Source: Auanema rhodensis
Taxonomy: Eukaryota > Animalia > Nematoda
Length of the DNA: 64,000 nucleotides
NCBI GenBank assembly: GCA_964057225.1
Contig: OZ059900.1
Span: 13,206,001 to 13,270,000, forward strand
Direction: 5' to 3'
Positions 53,860 to 64,000 of the stretch are shown here, in pieces (the first letter of the stretch is position 1; each line of letters begins with the position of its first letter). A program made the translations under genes and the position numbers. Under the pieces are notes generated by a model, which saw only the letters and a program-made list of their open reading frames with translations, ran no database searches and was not told the origin of the DNA.

Positions 53860-56800
53860 TAGTATCTCAATCTAACCAGAGAACTTCTGAGTTGGAAATA
53901 CATTTTGGAAAGCACACCATGAGTGTGCAATATTGAAAATTGTCTGTCTTAGTATGATTATATGACACTATAGATGCCAAAGCAAAACAAATTTGAATAT
54001 GAACATGACGCGTCTTTTACATTATAGTTTGACCAGATAAAGCTTTGTATAGCTTTGTATAGCTTTGTACACTGATCACATATACGGCGATAGGCTAGAA
54101 CAGTTTATAAGTTTCCTGAATAGATTTGGTTTAATTACCCAAGTTAGAGGTAGTATCTCAATCTAACCAGAGAACTTCTGAGTTGGAAATAAATTTTGGA
54201 AAGCACACCATGAGTGTGCAATATTGAAAATTGTCTGTCTTAGTATGATTATATGACACTATAGATGCCAAAGCAAAACAAATTTGAATATGAACATGAC
54301 GCGTCTTTTACATTATAGTTTGACCGGATAAAGCTTTGTATAGCTTTGTACACTGATCACATATACGGCGATAGGCTAGAACAGTTCATAAGTTTCCTGA
54401 ATAGATTTGGTTTAATTACCCAAGTTAGAGGTAGTATCTCAATCTAACCAGAGAACTTCTGAGTTGGAAATAAATTTTGGAAAGCACACCATGAGTGTGC
54501 AATATTGAAAACTGTCTGTCTTAGTATGATTATTTGACACTATAGATGCCAAAGCAAAACAAATTTGATAATGAACATGACGAGTCTTTTACATTATAGT
54601 TTGACCCGATAAAGCTTTGTATAGCTTTGTACACTGATCACATATACGGCGATAGGCTAGAACAGTTTATAAGTTTCCTGAATAGATTTGGTTTAATTAC
54701 TCAAGTTAGAGGTAGTATCTCAATCTAACCAGAGAACTTCTGAGTTGGAAATAAATTTTGGAAAGCACACCATGAGTGTGCAATATTGAAAACTGTCTGT
54801 CTTAGTATGATTATTTGACACTATAGATGCCAAAGCAAAACAAATTTGATAATGAACATGACGCGTCTTTTACATTATAGTTTGACCCGATAAAGCTTTG
54901 TATAGCTTTGTACACTGATCACATATACGGCGATAGGCTAGAACAGTTCATAAGTTTCCTGAATAGATTTGGTTTAATTACCCAAGTTAGAGGTAGTATC
55001 TCAATCTAACCAGAGAACTTCTGAGTTGGAAATACATTTTGGAAAGCATACCATGAGTGTGCAATATTGAAAATTGTCTGTCTTAGTATGATTATATGAC
55101 ACTATAGATGCCAAAGCAAAACAAATTTGATAATGAACATGACGCGTCTTTTACATTATAGTTTGACCCGATAAAGCTTTGTATAGCTTTGTACACTGAT
55201 CACATATACGGCGATAGGCTAGAACAGTTCATAAGTTTCCTGAATAGATTTGGTTTAATTACCCAAGTTAGAGGTAGTATCTCAATCTAACCAGAGAACT
55301 TCTGAGTTGGAAATACATTTTGGAAAGCACACCATGAGTGTGCAATATTGAAAATTGTCTGTCTTAGTATGATTATATGACACTATAGATGCCAAAGCAA
55401 AACAATTTTGAATATGAACATGACGCGTCTTTTACATTATAGTTTCACCGGATAAAGCTTTGTATAGCTTTGTATAGCTTTGTACACTGATCACATATAC
55501 GGCGATAGGCTAGAACAGTTCATAAGTTTCCTGAATAGATTTGGTTTAATTACCCAAGTTAGAGGTAGTATCTCAATCTAACCAGAGAACTTCTGAGTTG
55601 GAAATACATTTTGGAAAGCACACCATGAGTGTGCAATATTGAAAATTGTCTGTCTTAGTATGATTATATGACACTATAGATGCCAAAGCAAAACAAATTT
55701 GATAATGAACATGACGCGTCTTTTACATTATAGTTTGACCCGATAAAGCTTTGTATAGCTTTGTACACTGATCACATATACGGCGATAGGCTAGAACAGT
55801 TCATAAGTTTCCTGAATAGATTTGGTTTAATTACCCAAGTTAGAGGTAGTATCTCAATCTAACCAGAGAACTTCTGAGTTGGAAATACATTTTGGAAAGC
55901 ACACCATGAGTGTGCAATATTGAAAATTGTCTGTCTTAGTATGATTATATGACACTATAGATGCCAAAGCAAAACAATTTTGAATATGAACATGACGCGT
56001 CTTTTACATTATAGTTTCACCGGATAAAGCTTTGTATAGCTTTGTATAGCTTTGTACACTGATCACATATACGGCGATAGGCTAGAACAGTTTATAAGTT
56101 TCCTGAATAGATTTGGTTTAATTACCCAAGTTAGAGGTAGTATCTCAATCTAACCAGAGAACTTCTGAGTTGGAAATACATTTTGGAAAGCACACCATGA
56201 GTGTGCAATATTGAAAACTGTCTGTCTTAGTATGATTATATGACACTATAGATGCCAAAGCAAAACAAATTTGAATATGAACATGACGCGTGTTTTACAT
56301 TATAGTTTGACCGGATAAAGCTTTGTATAGCTTTGTATAGCTTTGTACACTGATCACATATACGGCGATAGGCTAGAACAGTTCATAAGTTTCCTGGATA
56401 GATTTGGTTTAATTACCCAAGTTAGAGGTAGTATCTCAATCTAACCAGAGAACTTCTGAGTTGGAAATACATTTTGGAAAGCACACCATGAGTGTGCAAT
56501 ATTGAAAACTGTCTGTCTTAGTATGATTATATGACACTATAGATGCCAAAGCAAAACAATTTTGAATATGAACATGACGCGTCTTTTACATTATAGTTTG
56601 ACCGGATAAAGCTTTGTATAGCTTTGTATAGCTTTGTACAATGATCACATATACGGCGATAGGCTAGAACAGTTCATAAGTTTCCTGAATAGATTTGGTT
56701 TAATTACCCAAGTTAGAGGTAGTATCTCAATCTAACCAGAGAACTTCTGAGTTGGAAATAAATTTTGGAAAGCACACCATGAGTGTGCAATATTGAAAAC

Positions 56801-59800
56801 TGTCTGTCTTAGTATGATTATATGACACTATAGATGCCAAAGCAAAACAATTTTGAATATGAACATGACGCGTCTTTTACATTATAGTTTGACCGGATAA
56901 AGCTTTGTATAGCTTTGTACACTGATCACATATACGGTGATAGGCTAGAACAGTTTATAAGTTTCCTGAACAGATTTGGTTTAATTACCCAAGTTAGAGG
57001 TAGTATCTCAATCTAACCAGAGAACTTCTGAGTTGGAAATAAATTTTGGAAAGCACACCATGAGTGTGCAATATTGAAAACTGTCTGTCTTAGTATGATT
57101 ATATGACACTATAGATGCCAAAGCAAAACAATTTTGAATATGAACATGACGCGTCTTTTACATTATAGTTTGACCGGATAAAGCTTTGTATAGCTTTGTA
57201 CACTGATCACATATACGGCGATAGGCTAGAACAGTTCATAAGTTTCCTGGATAGATTTGGTTTAATTACCCAAGTTAGAGGTAGTATCTCAATCTAACCA
57301 GAGAACTTCTGAGTTGGAAATACATTTTGGAAAGCACACCATGAGTGTGCAATATTGAAAACTGTCTGTCTTAGTATGATTATATGACACTATAGATGCC
57401 AAAGCAAAACAAATTTGAATATGAACATGACGCGTCTTTTACATTATAGTTTGACCGGATAAAGCTTTGTATAGCTTTGTATAGCTTTGTACACTGATCA
57501 CATATACGGCGATAGGCTAGAACAGTTCATAAGTTTCCTGGATAGATTTGGTTTAATTACCCAAGTTAGAGGTAGTATCTCAATCTAACCAGAGAACTTC
57601 TGAGTTGGAAATACATTTTGGAAAGCACACCATGAGTGTGCAATATTGAAAACTGTCTGTCTTAGTATGATTATATGACACTATAGATGCCAAAGCAAAA
57701 CAAATTTGAATATGAACATGACGCGTCTTTTACATTATAGTTTGACCGGATAAAGCTTTGTATAGCTTTGTATAGCTTTGTACACTGATCACATATACGG
57801 CGATAGGCTAGAACAGTTTATAAGTTTCCTGAATAGATTTGGTTTAATTACCCAAGTTAGAGGTAGTATCTCAATCTAACCAGAGAACTTCTGAGTTGGA
57901 AATAAATTTTGGAAAGCACACCATGAGTGTGCAATATTGAAAACTGTCTGTCTTAGTATGATTATATGACACTATAGATGCCAAAGCAAAACAAATTTGA
58001 ATATGAACATGACGCGTCTTTTACATTATAGTTTGACCGGATAAAGCTTTGTATAGCTTTGTACACTGATCACATATACGGCGATAGGCTAGAACAGTTC
58101 ATAAGTTTCCTGAATAGATTTGGTTTAATTACCCAAGTTAGAGGTAGTATCTCAATCTAACCAGAGAACTTCTGAGTTGGAAATACATTTTGGAAAGCAC
58201 ACCATGAGTGTGCAATATTGAAAACTGTCTGTCTTAGTATGATTATATGACAATATAGATGCCAAAGCAAAACAAATTTGAATATGAACATGACGCGTTT
58301 TTTACATTATAGTTTGACCCGATAAAGCTTTGTATAGCTTTGTATAGCTTTGTACACTAATCACATATACGGCGATAGGCTAGAACAGTTTATAAGTTTC
58401 CTGAATAGATTTGGTTTAATTACCCAAGTTAGAGGTAGTATCTCAATCTAACCAGAGAACTTCTGAGTTGGAAATACATTTTGGAAAGCACACCATGAGT
58501 GTGCAATATTGAAAACTGTCTGTCTTAGTATGATTATATGACAATATAGATGCCAAAGCAAAACAAATTTGAATATGAACATGACGCGTTTTTTACATTA
58601 TAGTTTGACCCGATAAAGCTTTGTATAGCTTTGTATAGCTTTGTACACTGATCACATATACGGCGATAGGCTAGAACAGTTTATAAGTTTCCTGAATAGA
58701 TTTGGTTTAATTACCCAAGTTAGAGGTAGTATCTCAATCTAACCAGAGAACTTCTGAGTTGGAAATACATTTTGGAAAGCACACCATGAGTGTGCAATAT
58801 TGAAAACTGTCTGTCTTAGTATGATTATATGACAATATAGATGCCAAAGCAAAACAAATTTGAATATGAACATGACGCGTTTTTTACATTATAGTTTGAC
58901 CCGATAAAGCTTTGTATAGCTTTGTATAGCTTTGTACACTAATCACATATACGGCGATAGGCTAGAACAGTTTATAAGTTTCCTGAATAGATTTGGTTTA
59001 ATTACCCAAGTTAGAGGTAGTATCTCAATCTAACCAGAGAACTTCTGAGTTGGAAATACGTTTTGGAAAGCACACCATGAGTGTGCAATATTGAAAACTG
59101 TCTGTCTTAGTATGATTATATGACACTATAGATGCCAAAGCAAAACAAATTTGAATATGAACATGACGCGTCTTTTACATTATAGTTTGACCCGATAAAG
59201 CTTTGTATAGCTTTGTATAGCTTTGTACACTGATCACATATACGGCGATAGGCTAGAACAGTTTATAAGTTTCCTGAATAGATTTGGTTTAATTACCCAA
59301 GTTAGAGGTAGTATCTCAATCTAACCAGAGAACTTCTGAGTTGGAAATAAATTTTGGAAAGCACACCATGAGTGTGCAATAATGAAAACTGTCTGTCTTA
59401 GTATGATTATATGACACTATAGATGCCAAAGCAAAACAAATTTGAATATGAACATGACGCGTCTTTTACATTATAGTTTGACCGGATAAAGCTTTGTATA
59501 GCTTTGTATAGCTTTGTACACTGATCACATATACGGTGATAGGCTAGAACAGTTTATAAGTTTCCTGAATAGATTTGGTTTAATTACCCAAGTTAGAGGT
59601 AGTATCTCAATCTAACCAGAGAACTTCTGAGTTGGAAATAAATTTTGGAAAGCACACCATGAGTGTGCAATATTGAAAACTGTCTGTCTTAGTATGATTA
59701 TATGACACTATAGATGCCAAAGCAAAACAAATTTGAATATGAACATGACGCGTCTTTTACATTATAGTTTGACCGGATAAAGCTTTGTATAGCTTTGTAC

Positions 59801-61034
59801 ACTGATCACATGTACGGCGATAGGCTAGAACAGTTCATAAGTTTCCTGAATAGATTTGGTTTAATTACCCAAGTTAGAGGTAGTATCTCAATCTAACCAG
59901 AGAACTTCTGAGTTGGAAATACATTTTGGAAAGCACACCATGAGTGTGCAATATTGAAAACTGTCTGTCTTAGTATGATTATATGACACTATAGATGCCA
60001 AAGCAAAACAAATTTGAATATGAACATGACGCGTCTTTTACATTATAGTTTGACCCGATAAAGCTTTGTATAGCTTTGAATAGCTTTGTACACTGATCAC
60101 ATATACGGCGATAGGCTAGAACAGTTTATAAGTTTCCTGAATAGATTTGGTTTAATTACCCAAGTTAGAGGTAGTATCTCAATCTAACCAGAGAACTTCT
60201 GAGTTGGAAATACATTTTGGAAAGCACACCATGAGTGTGCAATATTGAAAACTGTCTGTCTTAGTATGATTATATGACAATATAGATGCCAAAGCAAAAC
60301 AAATTTGAATATGAACATGACGCGTTTTTTACATTATAGTTTGACCCGATAAAGCTTTGTATAGCTTTGTATAGCTTTGTACACTAATCACATATACGGC
60401 GATAGGCTAGAACAGTTTATAAGTTTCCTGAATAGATTTGGTTTAATTACCCAAGTTAGAGGTAGTATCTCAATCTAACCAGAGAACTTCTGAGTTGGAA
60501 ATACGTTTTGGAAAGCACACCATGAGTGTGCAATATTGAAAACTGTCTGTCTTAGTATGATTATATGACACTATAGATGCCAAAGCAAAACAAATTTGAA
60601 TATGAACATGACGCGTCTTTTACATTATAGTTTGACCCGATAAAGCTTTGTATAGCTTTGTATAGCTTTGTACACTGATCACATATACGGCGATAGGCTA
60701 GAACAGTTTATAAGTTTCCTGAATAGATTTGGTTTAATTACCCAAGTTAGAGGTAGTATCTCAATCTAACCAGAGAACTTCTGAGTTGGAAATAAATTTT
60801 GGAAAGCACACCATGAGTGTGCAATAATGAAAACTGTCTGTCTTAGTATGATTATATGACACTATAGATGCCAAAGCAAAACAAATTTGAATATGAACAT
60901 GACGCGTCTTTTACATTATAGTTTGACCGGATAAAGCTTTGTATAGCTTTGTACACTGATCACATATACGGCGATAGGCTAGAACAGTTCATAAGTTTCC
61001 TGAATAGATTTGGTTTAATTACCCAAGTTAGAGG

Positions 61035-64000
61035 TAGTATCTCAATCTAACCAGAGAACTTCTGAGTTGGAAATACATTTTGGAAAGCACACCATGAGTG
61101 TGCAATATTGAAAACTGTCTGTCTTAGTATGATTATATGACACTATAGATGCCAAAGCAAAACAAATTTAAATATGAACATGACGCGTCTTTTACATTAT
61201 AGTTTGACCGGATAAAGCTTTGTATAGCTTTGTATAGCTTTGTACACTGATCACATATACGGTGATAGGCTAGAACAGTTTATAAGTTTCCTGAATAGAT
61301 TTGGTTTAATTACCCAAGTAAGAGGTAGTATCTCAATCTAACCAGAGAACTTCTGAGTTGGAAATAAATTTTGGAAAGCACACCATGAGTGTGCAATATT
61401 GAAAACTGTCTGTCTTAGTATGATTATATGACACTATAGATGCCAAAGCAGAACAAATTTGAATATGAACATGACGCGTCTTTTACATTATAGTTTGACC
61501 GGATAAAGCTTTGTATAGCTTTGTATAGCTTTGTACACTGATCACATATACGGTGATAGACTAGAACAGTTTATAAGTTTCCTGAATAGATTTGGTTTAA
61601 TTACCCAAGTTAGAGGTAGTATCTCAATCTAACCAGAGAACTTCTGAGTTGGAAATAAATTTTGGAAAGCACACCATGAGTGTGCAATATTGAAAACTGT
61701 CTGTCTTAGTATGATTATATGACACTATAGATGCCAAAGCAGAACAAATTTGAATATGAACATGACGCGTCTTTTACATTATAGTTTGACCGGATAAAGC
61801 TTTGTATAGCTTTGTATAGCTTTGTACACTGATCACATATACGGTGATAGGCTAGAACAGTTTATAAGTTTCCTGAATAGATTTGGTTTAATTACCCAAG
61901 TAAGAGGTAGTATCTCAATCTAACCAGAGAACTTCTGAGTTGGAAATAAATTTTGGAAAGCACACCATGAGTGTGCAATATTGAAAACTGTCTGTCTTAG
62001 TATGATTATATGACACTATAGATGCCAAAGCAGAACAAATTTGAATATGAACATGACGCGTCTTTTACATTATAGTTTGACCGGATAAAGCTTTGTATAG
62101 CTTTGTATAGCTTTGTACACTGATCACATATACGGTGATAGACTAGAACAGTTTATAAGTTTCCTGAATAGATTTGGTTTAATTACCCAAGTTAGAGGTA
62201 GTATCTCAATCTAACCAGAGAACTTCTGAGTTGGAAATAAATTTTGGAAAGCACACCATGAGTGTGCAATATTGAAAACTGTCTGTCTTAGTATGATTAT
62301 ATGACACTATAGATGCCAAAGCAGAACAAATTTGAATATGAACATGACGCGTCTTTTACATTATAGTTTGACCGGATAAAGCTTTGTATAGCTTTGTATA
62401 GCTTTGTACACTGATCACATATACGGTGATAGGCTAGAACAGTTTATAAGTTTCCTGAATAGATTTGGTTTAATTACCCAAGTAAGAGGTAGTATCTCAA
62501 TCTAACCAGAGAACTTCTGAGTTGGAAATAAATTTTGGAAAGCACACCATGAGTGTGCAATATTGAAAACTGTCTGTCTTAGTATGATTATATGACACTA
62601 TAGATGCCAAAGCAAAACAAATTTGAATATGAACATGACGCGTCTTTTACATTATAGTTTGACCGGATAAAGCTTTGTATAGCTTTGTATAGCTTTGTAC
62701 ACTGATCACATATACGGTGATAGACTAGAACAGTTTATAAGTTTCCTGAATAGATTTGGTTTAATTACCCAAGTTTGAGGTAGTATCTCAATCTAACCAG
62801 AGAACTTCTGAGTTGGAAATACATTTTGGAAAGCACACCATGAGTGTGCAATATTAAAAACTGTCCGTCTTAGTATGATTATATGACACTATAGATGCCA
62901 AAGCAAAACAAATTTGAATGTGAACATGACGCGTCTTTTACATTATAGTTTGACCGGATAAAGCTTTGTATAGCTTTGTATAGCTTTGTACACTGATCAC
63001 ATATACGGTGATAGACTAGAACAGTTTATAAGTTTCCTGAATAGATTTGGTTTAATTACCCAAGTTAGAGGTAGTATCTCAATCTAACCAGAGAACTTCT
63101 GAAATGGAAATACATTTTGGAAAGCACACCATCAGTGTGCAATATTGAAAACTGTCTCTCTTAGTATGATTATATGACACTATAGATGCCAAAGCAAAAC
63201 AAATTTGAATATGAACATGACGCGTCTTTTACATTATAGTTTGACCGGATAAAGCTTTGTATAGCTTTGTATAGCTTTGTACACTGATCACATATACGGT
63301 GATAGACTAGAACAGTTTATAAGTTTCCTGAATAGATTTGGTTTAATTACCCAAGTTAGAGGTAGTATCTCAATCTAACCAGAGAACTTCTGAGTTGGAA
63401 ATAAATTTTGGAAAGCACACCATGAGTGTGCAATATTGAAAACTGTCTGTCTTAGTATGATTATATGACACTATAGATGCCAAAGCAAAACAAATTTGAA
63501 TATGAACATGACGCGTCTTTTACATTATAGTTTGACCGGATAAAGCTTTGTATAGCTTTGTATAGCTTTGTACACTGATCACATATACGGTGATAGACTA
63601 GAACAGTTTATAAGTTTCCTGAATAGATTTGGTTTAATTACCCAAGTTAGAGGTAGTATCTCAATCTAACCAGAGAACTTCTGAGTTGGAAATAAATTTT
63701 GGAAAGCACACCATGAGTGTGCAATATTGAAAACTGTCTGTCTTAGTATGATTATATGACACTATAGATGCCAAAGCAAAACAAATTTGAATATGAACAT
63801 GACGCGTCTTTTACATTATAGTTTGACCGGATAAAGCTTTGTATAGCTTTGTATAGCTTTGTACACTGATCACATATACGGTGATAGACTAGAACAGTTT
63901 ATAAGTTTCCTGAATAGATTTGGTTTAATTACCCAAGTTAGAGGTAGTATCTCAATCTAACCAGAGAACTTCTGAGTTGGAAATAAATTTTGGAAAGCAC
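61035..64000. repeat. Terminal run of 291-bp monomers carrying CGGTGAT, with a local dimer pattern
   Basis: Monomers 215-224 are all 291 bp. AAGTAAG and GACTAG alleles alternate over 61035-62780. Confidence 0.88.

Larger units (their letters stand above)
1..64000. repeat. Tandem satellite DNA array, 281/291-bp monomer, 224 complete copies plus a partial; runs off both window edges
   Basis: The anchor GAGGTAGTATCTC(T/A)ATCTAA recurs with monomer starts at 1, 282, 573, 864, 1145, 1436 ... 63654, 63945. All intervals are 281 or 291 bp except one 287 and one 185. No unique sequence and no strand inversion seen. Confidence 0.99.

Noticed and set aside
1-64000. Protein-coding tandem repeat (291 is divisible by 3)
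   Set aside because: Monomer 1 has stops in all six frames (e.g. TAG at 1, TAA at 14, TGA at 75 on +; CTA/TTA triplets in all three frames for -). The interspersed 281-bp units would also shift frame.
1-64000. CRISPR array or other repeat-spacer cassette system
   Set aside because: There are no unique spacers. The entire unit is repeated, variation is limited to substitutions and a 10-bp indel, and no associated genes are present.
1-64000. tRNA, 5S rRNA or snRNA tandem gene cluster, or a transposon/LTR insertion
   Set aside because: No recognisable RNA gene sequence or convincing Pol III A/B box pair. Monomer spacing accounts for every base, leaving no room for an insertion.
1-64000. Pure assembly or concatemer artefact
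   Set aside because: The hierarchical, position-dependent shared variants and recombinant monomers are not expected from rolling-circle or collapsed-consensus artefacts. Individual duplications still need read validation.

Overview
The whole 64,000-bp window is one uninterrupted head-to-tail tandem satellite array, about 35% GC (98/281 in monomer 1), with every unit in the same orientation. With phase set at TAGTATCTC, I counted 224 complete monomers plus a 56-bp partial: 113 of 281 bp, 109 of 291 bp, one of 287 bp and one of 185 bp. The 281/291 difference is 2 versus 3 copies of an internal decamer, AGCTTTGTA(T/C). I find no genes, RNA genes, transposon insertions or CRISPR spacers. The architecture is typical of eukaryotic (peri)centromeric or heterochromatic satellite DNA, but I do not recognise the family or the organism. 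The informative signal lies in the monomer variants. They define (i) successive sequence domains with sharp allele turnover near 33.3-33.6 kb and 50.5-51.1 kb; (ii) many local, low-copy higher-order repeats (periods of 2, 3, 5, 6, 7/8, 11 and 20 monomers); (iii) chimeric monomers; (iv) a rare haplotype whose four substitutions all perfect inverted repeats; (v) a CG/TG/CA triallelic site that suggests CpG methylation; and (vi) one deletion-with-filler repair scar. I could not support a novel protein- or RNA-coding system. Monomer typing was done by eye, so isolated variants may have been missed.
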